A model generated the notes under the pieces. The model searched no databases, had not been told where the DNA came from, and saw nothing but the letters and a program-made list of their open reading frames with translations. Positions 55,405 through 64,000 of a stretch of DNA of 64,000 bases are shown here, in pieces (within the stretch, counting starts at the first letter, position 1; each line of letters begins with the position of its first letter). Source of the DNA: Acidimicrobiales bacterium (GTDB lineage Bacteria; Actinomycetota; Acidimicrobiia; Acidimicrobiales; WLNW01); assembly GCA_035525225.1 (NCBI GenBank), contig DATLFA010000012.1, positions 7,818 through 71,817 of the forward strand, in the 5' to 3' direction. The translations under genes and the position numbers were made by a program.

Positions 55405-56313
55405 ATGGGGGACATCAAGCTCGGGATAATGCCCGCGTTCAAAGACGGCGTGATCACCGACCCGCGCTGGTGTCATGAGTTCGCCGAGATGGTCGAAGCC
55501 GAAGGCGTCGAGTCGATCTGGACGGTCGAGCACGTCGTCGTGGCCAAGGACTATGAGCCGCGCTATTCCTACTCTGAATCCGGTCGCATGCCCGGCGCGC
55601 CAGGGTCAGGCACGGTGATGCCTGATCCGTTGGAGACACTGGCGTTCTTCGCCGCCTGCACCGAGCGGGTGCGGTTGGGCACCGCGGTGTTGGTGCTCAC
55701 GCTGCATCAGCCCGCAGTGGTCGCCAAGCGGGTCGCGACGATCGACAATCTGTCGAGGGGGCGAGTCAGCCTTGGCGTCGGCAGCGGGTGGCAGATCGAG
55801 GAATACCGCGCCTGCGGAGTTCCCTACGAGGGGCGGGGTCGCCGCCTCGACGACGCCATCGTCGCGCTGCGCGAATTGTGGCAGCCCGGCTACCGCACGC
55901 ATCGCGGCGAGTTCTTCGAGTTCGTCGACTGCGAGAGCTTGCCCGCGCCGGTGCAAGCCGGTGGTCCTCCGATCATCATCGGCGGATCCACCGAGATCGC
56001 CGCGCGGCGCGCCGGCCGGCTCGGTGACGGCTTCTATCCGTATGTCATCTCGCCCGAAGATCTCGCCACGCGTATCGAGACCATCCACCAGACGGCGCGC
56101 GATCATGGGCGCGATCCCGCCGCGATCGAGATCACGGTGTGGCCCGGCAGTTGGAAGCCGGGGTCGACGCTCGATCTCGACGTGGTGCGTCGCTTCACCG
56201 AGGTCGGCGCACATCGCATGACGATGTCCGCGCAAGAGTCCGGAGCCACCGAGGTCGCGCAGATCCGTGATCTCGTGCGCCGGGTGCAAGACGAGATCAT
56301 TTCCAACCTCTAG
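55405..56313 (+). CDS. LLM-class (possibly F420-dependent) oxidoreductase
   Basis: ATG at 55405 (GGAGGG upstream) within track ORF 54655..56313 gives MGDIKLGIMPAF...VESIWTVEHVV...RVSLGVGSGW... (302 aa). Confidence 0.85.
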   Translation: MGDIKLGIMPAFKDGVITDPRWCHEFAEMVEAEGVESIWTVEHVVVAKDYEPRYSYSESGRMPGAPGSGTVMPDPLETLAFFAACTERVRLGTAVLVLTLHQPAVVAKRVATIDNLSRGRVSLGVGSGWQIEEYRACGVPYEGRGRRLDDAIVALRELWQPGYRTHRGEFFEFVDCESLPAPVQAGGPPIIIGGSTEIAARRAGRLGDGFYPYVISPEDLATRIETIHQTARDHGRDPAAIEITVWPGSWKPGSTLDLDVVRRFTEVGAHRMTMSAQESGATEVAQIRDLVRRVQDEIISNL

Positions 56314-56353
56314 CCGCCGAAGGCGGCGGGCCCGAGCGGCCCTCAGAGCGGGA
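56313..56353 (+). repeat. hairpin plus REP-like element in intercistronic gap
   Basis: GCCGCC-GAA-GGCGGC (56313..56327) is followed by GGGCCCGAGCGGCCCTCAGAGCGGGA (56328..56353). GAAAGGGG and the ATG at 56371 come next. Confidence 0.6.
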
Positions 56354-56370
56354 CACGAAAGGGGCTACAC

Positions 56371-57225
56371 ATGCAATGGCAGGTCGGTGACGTCAGCATC
56401 ACGCTGGTTCGACAGCACATGGCCGCGGTCGACGCCGCGGGAATGTTTCCCGGCTCGAACGCAGAAGAGATCATCGCTGCGAACGCCGACTGGTTGAAGC
56501 CGCACTTCGTCGACGAAAACGGCACGTTGCCGCTCTCGATCCACGCGCTCGTCGTCACGTCGATGGGCAAGACCATCGTCGTCGACACGTGCCTCGGCAA
56601 TCGACCCGTCGCGGGCTTCGAGGCGATGTCGCATCTCGGCGATCAGTTCCTGCACGACTTTGCCGCGGCCGGTTTCTCGGTCGACGGTGTCGACCTCGTG
56701 GCCTGCACCCATCTCCACTTCGACCACGTCGGGTTCAACACGGTGTTCGTCGACGGCAAGTGGGTGCCGACATTCCCCAATGCGCGCTACCTGTTCGGTC
56801 GCATCGAGTACGAACACTGGGACGCGGGCAACATCGGGGCGGCGGTCACGTTCGGCGACGCTGTGCGGCCGGTGTTCGAGGCCGGTTTCGCCGACCTTGT
56901 CGACACCGATCACCAGATCACCGACGAGGTCCGCTTCGCTCCGACGCCGGGGCACACGCCGGGGCACGTGAGCGTGCAGATCGAATCGAAGGGTCAACGG
57001 GCAGTGATCACCGGCGACATGATGCATCACCCGATCCAGATCGCCAATGGGGCCATCGACTGGGCGATGTCCGCCGACGTCGATTCGCCAACGGCGGCGC
57101 ATTCCCGCCACTCGTTCCGGGGCGATGTCGCCGATCAACCGGTACTGGTGATCGGCACGCACTTCGGCCCGCCCACCGCCGGTCACATCAAGAAGGTCAA
57201 CGGCAACTACCGTCTCGTCGTCTGA
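56371..57225 (+). CDS. MBL-fold metallo-hydrolase (lactonase-like)
   Basis: Track ORF of 284 aa with the metal motif THLHFDHVG, later PTPGHTPGH. Confidence 0.88.
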   Translation: MQWQVGDVSITLVRQHMAAVDAAGMFPGSNAEEIIAANADWLKPHFVDENGTLPLSIHALVVTSMGKTIVVDTCLGNRPVAGFEAMSHLGDQFLHDFAAAGFSVDGVDLVACTHLHFDHVGFNTVFVDGKWVPTFPNARYLFGRIEYEHWDAGNIGAAVTFGDAVRPVFEAGFADLVDTDHQITDEVRFAPTPGHTPGHVSVQIESKGQRAVITGDMMHHPIQIANGAIDWAMSADVDSPTAAHSRHSFRGDVADQPVLVIGTHFGPPTAGHIKKVNGNYRLVV

Positions 57226-57239
57226 CGAGCGAGTGCAGC

Positions 57240-59174
57240 ATGAGGAATCCACACGCGGGTACACCGTTCAGCGACGACGACCACGCGATCGCAGTCGCGC
57301 TCCGAGACGTGGCAGTGCCGGCGCTGTTGTGCTCGCTCGTGCACATGACCGGCGACCCGTCGTGGGTGCGGGAGCGCGCACTGCGACAAATGCCCTCGTC
57401 GCTCGACTACCAGTGCGGGCTCAACGCCGACGAACAAGCCGACATCCGCCGCCGCGCGGCGCCGGTGATCGCCGCGTACCGCGACGGCGGCTGCGAACCG
57501 GCCCTGCTGTCAGACACGCTGCTGCACGAGATGATGTCGTTCCTCGCGTGCAAGCCGGTGCTCGGTCGCCTCGCCGCGATGATGTTCGAGGACATGCAGT
57601 TCACCGGCGCGGACAGCCGGGCGATCACGTGGGGCGACGAAATTCCCCCCGACGTCAGGGCGGCGTCGCCGGTCGTCGTGATCGGCTGTGGCGAGTCGGG
57701 CATCCTCGCCGGCATCCGCCTGTCGCAAGCCGGGCTGCCATTCACCATCGTCGACAAGAACGATGGTCCCGGCGGCACGTGGTGGGAGAATCGCTACCCC
57801 GGTGCCCGCGTCGACGTCGGAAGCCATCAGTACTGCTACTCATTCGAGCCCGCGTACCATTGGAGCCAGTACTACTGCGAGCAGCCCGAGCTGCGCGATT
57901 ACTTCGAAGGGGTCGTCGAGAAGTACGGACTGCGGCGGCATTGCCGCTTTGCCAGGACCGTCACCAGCGTCGTGTGGGACGAGAAGGTCGCGCTGTGGCA
58001 CGTGACGGTGCAGGGCCCCGACGGTACCGCCGAGACGATCGATGCTCCGTTCGTGATCAGCGCCGTCGGTTCGCTGAACCTGACGCACATTCCGGAGATC
58101 CCCGGCATGGAGACCTTCGCCGGTCCGTCGTTCCACTCGGCGCGCTGGCCCGACGATCTCGACATCACCGGCAGCCGCTTCGCGCTCATCGGCGCCGGCG
58201 CGAGCGGGTTCCAGATCGCGCCGACGATCGCGGACCAGGTTGGGCAGCTGACGATCTACCAGCGCACGGCACAATGGATCAGCTACAACCCCGTGTACCG
58301 CTCCAAGGTGCCCGCCGGCGATCACTGGGCGCTGCGTCACCTGCCGTTCTACGCGCGGTGGTTCCGCTTCATGATGACCTATCCCGGCATTGCGTTCGGC
58401 ACCGATTCGCACCGCCGCGATCCGGAGTACGACGACAGCGACGGCATGGCGATCAACGACACCAACGCCGCCCGTCGCGTGCAGCAAGAGGCGTGGATCC
58501 GCGCGCAGCTCGACGGGCGCGCCGATCTGATCGACAAATCGATCCCGGACTATCCCGCCGGTGGCAAGCGCCCCTTGCAGGACGACGGTTTCTGGCTGCA
58601 ATGCCTGCGTAAGCCCAATGTCGAGCTGGTGCGCACCGGTATCGACCGCATCGTCGCCGACGGCGTCGTCACCGTCGACGGCACGCATCGCCCGGCTGAC
58701 GTCATCTGCTACGCCACCGGCTTCCGCCACAACGAATTCCTGGCGCCGATGGCGGTGATCGGTCGCAACGGGATCTCACTGCGCGACCAATGGGGCGATG
58801 AACCCACCGCGTATCTCGGCGTCACCATGCCCAACTTTCCGAACCTGTTCTGCCTGTACGGCGCGGGGACGAATCTCGCGCACAGCGCGAGCTTGTTCTT
58901 CCACTCCGAGTACCAGGCCAGTCATGCGCTGGAGGTGATCCGCCGCGTGCTCACGAGTGGCTCGCGCTCGGCCGAGGTGCGCCGCGAGGTGCACGACCGC
59001 TACGCCGAGTGGCACCAGAGCGAGATCAGCCAGCTCGTGTGGGCGCACCCTTCGATCAAGCACAGCCACTACAAGAACCCGCAGGGCAAGGTGTACACGC
59101 TGTCGCCCTGGCCGATCGATCAGTACTGGGAACTCACCTTGGAACTCGACCCCGACGCGTACGAGCTGCGTTGA
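57240..59174 (+). CDS. flavin-dependent Baeyer-Villiger-type monooxygenase with ~135-aa N-terminal extension
   Basis: ATG at 57240 within track ORF 56589..59174 gives 644 aa. It has FAD GxGxxG (GCGESG), GGTWWENRYPG, the BVMO fingerprint FAGPSFHSARWP, and a second GxGxxG (GAGASG). Confidence 0.85.
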   Translation: MRNPHAGTPFSDDDHAIAVALRDVAVPALLCSLVHMTGDPSWVRERALRQMPSSLDYQCGLNADEQADIRRRAAPVIAAYRDGGCEPALLSDTLLHEMMSFLACKPVLGRLAAMMFEDMQFTGADSRAITWGDEIPPDVRAASPVVVIGCGESGILAGIRLSQAGLPFTIVDKNDGPGGTWWENRYPGARVDVGSHQYCYSFEPAYHWSQYYCEQPELRDYFEGVVEKYGLRRHCRFARTVTSVVWDEKVALWHVTVQGPDGTAETIDAPFVISAVGSLNLTHIPEIPGMETFAGPSFHSARWPDDLDITGSRFALIGAGASGFQIAPTIADQVGQLTIYQRTAQWISYNPVYRSKVPAGDHWALRHLPFYARWFRFMMTYPGIAFGTDSHRRDPEYDDSDGMAINDTNAARRVQQEAWIRAQLDGRADLIDKSIPDYPAGGKRPLQDDGFWLQCLRKPNVELVRTGIDRIVADGVVTVDGTHRPADVICYATGFRHNEFLAPMAVIGRNGISLRDQWGDEPTAYLGVTMPNFPNLFCLYGAGTNLAHSASLFFHSEYQASHALEVIRRVLTSGSRSAEVRREVHDRYAEWHQSEISQLVWAHPSIKHSHYKNPQGKVYTLSPWPIDQYWELTLELDPDAYELR

Positions 59175-59795
59175 TCAGAGTGGTTCGAGGGTGTCGGGCT
59201 CGGTGTGCAGGTGCGCCTCCTCGTTGAGCGTTTTCACCACCCACCGATCGTTCCACTCGCTCTTGACCACGCGGGAGATGCTCGTATAGCCCGGTGTGAA
59301 GAAGAACATCTGCGGCATGTCGAGGACGCTGGCGACGATGGCGTTGATGGTGCCGCCGTGCGACACGATGGCGATGCGCTTGCCGTGGTGACGCTCGAGC
59401 AGATCGAGTTGCGCCGCGATCACTTCTTTGCGGAACTCGGCGGGATCTTGATAGCCGAGACCGGCCCAGTCGCGGTTGCGCATCTTCTCGAGGATGTGCT
59501 TGTGCCGCTCGTCCTGGAGGTCTTCGACAGGGATGTACGCCCGTGACTGTTTGTCGAGCTCGGCGAAGCCTTCGACGACCTCGGGTTCGAGCCCGAGTTG
59601 TTCGGCCAGCGGCGACGCGGTCTCACGGGCCCGGCGCTTGGGACTGACCGCGATGTGGTCGATGGCTTCGTTGGCCAGCCAGCGGGCCATGCGCCGCGAT
59701 TGCGCCCAGCCGAGCGGCGTCAACCCCGGGTCGGCATATCCGTCGGTGACCTGTTGCAGTTCGGGGCGAGCGTGGCGGATGAGGATCAGCTCCAT
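59175..59795 (-). CDS. histidine phosphatase family protein (phosphoglycerate mutase-like)
   Basis: ATG at 59795 within track ORF 59175..60185 gives MELILIRHARPE...SPKRRARETA...VSHGG. Its stop abuts the BVMO stop. Confidence 0.82.
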   Translation of the reverse strand: MELILIRHARPELQQVTDGYADPGLTPLGWAQSRRMARWLANEAIDHIAVSPKRRARETASPLAEQLGLEPEVVEGFAELDKQSRAYIPVEDLQDERHKHILEKMRNRDWAGLGYQDPAEFRKEVIAAQLDLLERHHGKRIAIVSHGGTINAIVASVLDMPQMFFFTPGYTSISRVVKSEWNDRWVVKTLNEEAHLHTEPDTLEPL

Positions 59796-59861
59796 ATGGG
59801 CAGAGACGGTAGCGTCGGACCGCGCGGTCGCCACCAGTCCTGCGCAGTGGGAGTACGGCAC

Positions 59862-60971
59862 ATGGTTTTCTCGGTGCGACGGATCGTGACCGGCGTCGAC
59901 GCGGATGGTCAGGCGATATTCGTGAGCGATGGTCCGCCGCCGCGGCTGATCGAAGCGCCGACGGGCATAGCCGTGGCCGATCTGTGGAACCTGTTCGCGC
60001 CGCCCGATGACCCGAGCGCCGGAGGCGACCTGTCGGCGGGACCGATCGAGCTCGAACCCAAACCCGGTGGGTTGTGGTGGCGGCTCATTCGCTTCCCGCT
60101 GGCCGACACGTCGTTGCCGCGCGAGCAGCAGTTCGTGGTGAACGCGCACGACGATCGGTTTTCGAAGGACAAGCCGGGCATGCATCGCACCGACTCGATC
60201 GATCTCATGCTGGTCGTCGACGGCCGCATCGAGCTCGAGGTCGATGATGCGACGTGCGAGCTCGGGTCAGGTGACTGCGTCGTGCAGCGCGGCACCATGC
60301 ATCGCTGGCGCGTCATCGGCGACGGACCGTGCACCTATCTCACCGCAATGCTCGCAACCGATCCCGATGCGACGCCACCGACGATCGACCTCGCGCCCCG
60401 AACGACCGCGCGGTCCACCGGTCACGGCCCCCGTCGGGTGGTGACCGGTGTCGATCCGCACGGACGATCGATCATCCTCAGCGACGGTGAGGCACCGGCG
60501 ACGGTGGTGTACGAACACGGCGCCGGGATGATGTACAGCCAGCTGTGGGAAACCGGTGGAGCGATCGCGCATCCGCTGCAGGGCGGCGACACCCCCGCGC
60601 CGTATTTGCAACTCGACCCGCTCGGTATGGGTGTGTCGTGGAAGTACCTGGTCATCCCACCGGACTCCGCCCGGCGCACCATCGATGGCCCGAAACTGCG
60701 CGCCGAGATGCAGGCGGTCGCGTCGGGCATGGCCACGACCGGGCATCACGACCCCAACGATCCCGGCAACCATCGCACCGACACCATCGATCTCGACTAC
60801 ATCCTCGAAGGCGACGTCGAGCTCGAACTGCCGGGTCACGGCTCGGTGCGGCTGGGGCCCGGTGACTGTGTCGTGCAACGGGGCAATTGGCACAAGTGGC
60901 ACAACCGCGGCGACACGCCGATGCGGATGATCGCCATACTCGTAGGTGCACCGATCGGAGGCCGGCGATGA
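59862..60971 (+). CDS. bicupin protein (two cupin_2-like domains)
   Basis: ATG at 59862 within track ORF 59598..60971 gives 369 aa. The two halves are repeated: MHRTDSIDLMLVVDGRIELEVDD...GDCVVQRGTMHRW and NHRTDTIDLDYILEGDVELELPG...GDCVVQRGNWHKW. Confidence 0.8.
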   Translation: MVFSVRRIVTGVDADGQAIFVSDGPPPRLIEAPTGIAVADLWNLFAPPDDPSAGGDLSAGPIELEPKPGGLWWRLIRFPLADTSLPREQQFVVNAHDDRFSKDKPGMHRTDSIDLMLVVDGRIELEVDDATCELGSGDCVVQRGTMHRWRVIGDGPCTYLTAMLATDPDATPPTIDLAPRTTARSTGHGPRRVVTGVDPHGRSIILSDGEAPATVVYEHGAGMMYSQLWETGGAIAHPLQGGDTPAPYLQLDPLGMGVSWKYLVIPPDSARRTIDGPKLRAEMQAVASGMATTGHHDPNDPGNHRTDTIDLDYILEGDVELELPGHGSVRLGPGDCVVQRGNWHKWHNRGDTPMRMIAILVGAPIGGRR

Positions 60972-61477
60972 CACGCGACGAATACCTCGACATGTTGATC
61001 GCCAAAGATCAGATACGCGTCGTGATCAACGATCTCGCCCGCGGCACCGATCGACTCGATCGTGATCTGATGGCGTCGTGTTATTGGCCCGACGGCTATG
61101 ACGACCACAACTCCTTTCGTGGCAATGGCGACGACTTCGCCGACTGGGTGTTGCGTGCGCTCTCCCATTTCGCCGCGACGCACCATTTCCTCGGACAGTG
61201 CCGCATCGAGGTCGACGGCGACGCCGCGCACTGCGAGACCTACTGCGACGCGCACCACATCTCGCGCGCCGATGCCGACGGCAAGGTCGTCGACATGGCG
61301 ATGGGCCTGCGGTATGTCGACCGCTTCGAGCGGCGCGACGGCGTCTGGAAGATCAAGAAGCGAGTCTGCGCGTTCGACTGGACGTACTACGTCGATGCCG
61401 ACCGGTCGTGGGCGTTCGGCGACGACTTCTGTGTCGGCGCGCGCGACAAGTCCGACATCACCTACACGCGGTTCTGA
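60968..61477 (+). CDS. NTF2-like / SnoaL-like domain protein
   Basis: ATG at 60968 (ATGA overlap) within track ORF 60887..61477 gives MTRDEYLDMLIAKDQIRVVINDLARGTDRLDRDLMASCYWPDG... Confidence 0.78.
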   Translation: MTRDEYLDMLIAKDQIRVVINDLARGTDRLDRDLMASCYWPDGYDDHNSFRGNGDDFADWVLRALSHFAATHHFLGQCRIEVDGDAAHCETYCDAHHISRADADGKVVDMAMGLRYVDRFERRDGVWKIKKRVCAFDWTYYVDADRSWAFGDDFCVGARDKSDITYTRF

Positions 61478-61478
61478 C

Positions 61479-61964
61479 ATGGCAGTCGACCGTCAGATGA
61501 TCGAGTTCACGCCGGGCGACATCGACGCGGTCGTCGAGCACGTGGCGGTGGTGATCGAGCGGGGCCAAGGATGGCTCAACATCGAGCCCATCGTCGGCGA
61601 GGTGGCCATGGACGAGATTCGCCGCAGCGCGCCACCCGCGATCGTGCGCGTGTTCTCGGGGAGGGGCGGCAAGATCCCCTTCGGCACGTTCGTCCCCGGC
61701 GACCATCGCAAGGACGGCCTGGGTCAAGTCGGGCTCGAGCACAGTGCCGGTCCGCGCGCGATGCAGCAAATACGCGACGCCGGCATTGCATTGCCCGCCG
61801 GTTGGCGCATGCGCCAAGACCACGGCAAGCGGGGCATCGTGTGCGACGTGCCGCGCGACGAGAACCCGGCCGTCATCGTGCGGTGGATCCTCGACGCGTC
61901 GGTGCAGCTCTGTGAGATCGATCTCACCGGATGGTGGACGGCGGTGATCAGCTCGCCGGAATGA
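61479..61964 (+). CDS. hypothetical protein (161 aa), no recognised motif
   Basis: ATG at 61479, 1 nt after the upstream stop, within track ORF 61098..61964. Codon usage is GC3-rich: MAVDRQMIEFTPGDIDAVVEHVAVVIERGQGWLNIEP... Confidence 0.6.
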   Translation: MAVDRQMIEFTPGDIDAVVEHVAVVIERGQGWLNIEPIVGEVAMDEIRRSAPPAIVRVFSGRGGKIPFGTFVPGDHRKDGLGQVGLEHSAGPRAMQQIRDAGIALPAGWRMRQDHGKRGIVCDVPRDENPAVIVRWILDASVQLCEIDLTGWWTAVISSPE

Positions 61965-61978
61965 TCAGTTGGCAGAGC

Positions 61979-63622
61979 TCAGCTTGTCGACGCCACCCGC
62001 GCCGCCGCATCTTTCTTCAGCTCGCCTTTGGCGACTTTGCCGCCCGACGCGCGGGGGAGTTGGTCGACGACGAAGAGGTACTCGGGGTACCACTCCTTCG
62101 ATATGCCGCGCGCCGTCAGGTGCGCCTTGAGGTCGTCGAGGCTGAGCGCGGTGGCGTCGTGCAACTCGACGTACGCGGCGACGCGCTCGCCGAACACCGG
62201 GTCGGGAGCGGGGACGACGGCGACCATCTTGACCGACGGGTGCGTACCGACTTCGTCTTCGACCGCAGGCGCGGAGATGTTCTTGCCGCCGCGGATGATG
62301 AAGTCGGAGGTGCGACCCACGACCGTGAGCCACCCGTCGTCGTCGACGGTGACGACGTCGCCCATGAGCATCCATCCGTCGGGAGTGAACAGCTTGGCGT
62401 TGGCCTCGTCGTCCTCGTAGTAGCCAGGGCCCATGGCGGGGCCGAAGCACGCGGGCACTCCCTTGCCGCGGTCGCCCTCGACCCGCTCACCTTCGGGCGT
62501 GTAGAGACGCACGTGCATCTCGGGGATGATGCGGCCGCCGGTCGTCAGCCGATTCTGGCGATCGTCGGTGATGCGCGTGCCCGACAACATGCCGGTCTCG
62601 TTGGAGCCGTAGAAGTTCATGACCATCGCGCCGGTGCGTTCTTCGAACTCGAGCGCACGCGCGTAGGGGATGGCTTCGCCACCGGTGAACATCATGCGCA
62701 GCGACGACAGGTCGTGGTCGTCGAGTGCGGTCGAATTCAGCATCATGATGAATTGCGTCGACACGCAGCACAGCACCGTGACCTTCTCCCGCTCGACGAG
62801 GCGGATCATGCCTTCGGCGTTGAAGTGGCTCATGACGGCACACGGCGCGCCGATGAGCGTGGGGGTGAAGTGCGCAGTCCACAACCCGAACCCGAACGGC
62901 GCCGGCACGACCGACATCCACGACTCGTCGGACGTGAGTTGGCCGTAGTCGACGGCTATCTGGTTGAAGAAGAACCAACGATTCTGATTCTGCATGACGC
63001 ACTTGGGCAGACCAGTGGTTCCCGACGTCGAATTGAGGAAGTACAAGTCGCTGGCGCCGACCCGCCGCGCATCGATGCGCCGCCGTAGGCCTGGGTCACG
63101 GGTGTGGGCGGTGGTGCCTCCCATGACGGCGATGGCCGCCGCGCTCGAAGGACCGTCGATCACGATGTGGTGTTCGAGGGCCGGGTGCTGTTCTCGCAGC
63201 CGCGCCACGAGCGCGGTGGACGCTTCGTCGCGGTGGGTAGCCAGTGTGACGATGCCCCGCGCGTGAGACTTGCCGACGAGGTAGTTGAGCTCGGCTTCGC
63301 CCGCACGATGACCGATGCCCATGACGATGAGGCCGGCCTTTTCGGCGCCGACGAACGCCGCGTGCACCAAGGGGCCGTCGGCCATGAACACGATGACGCA
63401 CTCGCCCCGCGCGAGGTCGGTCGACATGAGCGCCGACGCGATGCGGTCGGACACCTCGTCGTAGACACGCCACGACATGCGGTCGCCGTGCTCGTCGACG
63501 AACGCCGTGCCCTGTGGGTTGGTACTGGCGTGCCGGCGGATGACGTCGGTGAGACAGTCGGTGCCCCACCATCCCTTTTCTTTGTACTCGGCTTCGACGG
63601 CGGGGTCGACGGTGGTCTGCAT
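61979..63622 (-). CDS. AMP-dependent synthetase/ligase (acyl-CoA synthetase)
   Basis: ATG at 63622 within track ORF 61979..63775 gives 547 aa. It has the AMP-binding motif NSTSGTTGLPKCV and ...GDVVTVDDDGWLTVVGR... Confidence 0.88.
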   Translation of the reverse strand: MQTTVDPAVEAEYKEKGWWGTDCLTDVIRRHASTNPQGTAFVDEHGDRMSWRVYDEVSDRIASALMSTDLARGECVIVFMADGPLVHAAFVGAEKAGLIVMGIGHRAGEAELNYLVGKSHARGIVTLATHRDEASTALVARLREQHPALEHHIVIDGPSSAAAIAVMGGTTAHTRDPGLRRRIDARRVGASDLYFLNSTSGTTGLPKCVMQNQNRWFFFNQIAVDYGQLTSDESWMSVVPAPFGFGLWTAHFTPTLIGAPCAVMSHFNAEGMIRLVEREKVTVLCCVSTQFIMMLNSTALDDHDLSSLRMMFTGGEAIPYARALEFEERTGAMVMNFYGSNETGMLSGTRITDDRQNRLTTGGRIIPEMHVRLYTPEGERVEGDRGKGVPACFGPAMGPGYYEDDEANAKLFTPDGWMLMGDVVTVDDDGWLTVVGRTSDFIIRGGKNISAPAVEDEVGTHPSVKMVAVVPAPDPVFGERVAAYVELHDATALSLDDLKAHLTARGISKEWYPEYLFVVDQLPRASGGKVAKGELKKDAAARVASTS

Positions 63623-63630
63623 CAACGTCC

Positions 63631-64000
63631 TCAGAACGCGTTGGGGTCTCTTTGGATTTCCTTCGGCACTTTGACGTCGAAGAGCTCGCTGGCGTTGCGC
63701 CAGGTGATTCGTTCGATGGCGCGCCTGGGCAGCTTGCCGACCTGCGCGTGCAACTTCTCCTGGGTGTGGGGCCATGTCGTGTCGGCGTGGGGATAGTCGG
63801 ACTCGACCATGATGTTCTCTACGCCAATGACCTTGGTCTGCAGGAACGACGACGGATCATCGATGGCGCAGAACCAGAAGTTGCGTTTGAACACTTCGGC
63901 CGGTGACATCTCGATGCCTTCCCACGTGCCGTACATCGAGCTGTACTTGTCCATGTGCTCGAAGCGGTCGATCAGGCCGGCGACCCATCCGATGCCGCCT
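63631..64000 (-). CDS. amidohydrolase family protein (amidohydrolase-2 type), C-terminal part; gene runs off the right window edge
   Basis: The frame of track ORF 63631..63954 stays open to the window end. My own translation upstream of the M reads GGIGWVAGLIDRFEH. FWFCAIDDP...VESDYPHADTTWP parallels the 16569..17786 paralogue. Confidence 0.85.
   Translation of the reverse strand, partial: GGIGWVAGLIDRFEHMDKYSSMYGTWEGIEMSPAEVFKRNFWFCAIDDPSSFLQTKVIGVENIMVESDYPHADTTWPHTQEKLHAQVGKLPRRAIERITWRNASELFDVKVPKEIQRDPNAF

Overview
This is a visibly GC-rich (not computed), almost gap-free coding segment of a bacterial chromosome. All calls come from reading the sequence and the ORF track by eye, with no BLAST or HMM run, so family names rest on recognised motifs. 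I support 62 protein-coding genes (two cut by the window edges), one TPP riboswitch, several strong intergenic hairpins and a family of short GC-rich intergenic repeats. I saw no rRNA, tRNA, CRISPR array, transposase, integrase or phage genes.

An actinobacterial origin is inferred from a WhiB-family regulator, many GTG/TTG starts, frequent 4-nt ATGA/GTGA stop-start overlaps and many luciferase-like (LLM) oxidoreductases.

Gene content is dominated by paralogous catabolic enzymes:
- 9 SDRs (one degenerate)
- 5 LLM oxidoreductases
- 5 amidohydrolase-2 proteins plus a D-aminoacylase-type amidohydrolase
- 4 NTF2/SnoaL-like proteins and 3 cupins
- 2 family-III CoA-transferases and 2 acyl-CoA synthetases
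- one thiolase and one thiolase-like protein
- single copies of a P450, a Baeyer-Villiger monooxygenase, a PhyH-type dioxygenase, a MaoC hydratase, a crotonase, an MBL-fold hydrolase and an alpha/beta hydrolase

Other content:
- a desaturase, cold-shock protein and AAA+ ATPase at the left edge
- a MarR regulator divergent from two tandem DHA2 MFS pumps and a 3-mercaptopyruvate-type sulfurtransferase
- a TPP-riboswitch-controlled ThiB/ThiP-like ABC importer
- an 805-aa HerA/FtsK-like ATPase
- a P-type cation ATPase and a Nudix hydrolase

Most interesting observations:
1. An in-frame TGA followed by GSC (U-G-S-C) joins two track ORFs into a predicted UGSC-family selenoprotein with a SECIS-like hairpin 11 nt downstream. 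It is translationally coupled to an uncharacterised 366-aa protein and a DUF985 cupin.
2. A REP-like element (GGGCCCGAGCGGCCC..TCAGAGCGGGA) recurs in at least 8 intergenic spaces.
3. A Bbs-like module contains a canonical SDR, a catalytically degenerate SDR, a crotonase and a thiolase-fold protein that appears to lack the nucleophilic Cys.
4. The HerA-like ATPase with a coiled-coil tail is apparently co-transcribed with an amidohydrolase.
5. There are unusual 3-prime-end tandem duplications and perfect palindromes between convergent genes.
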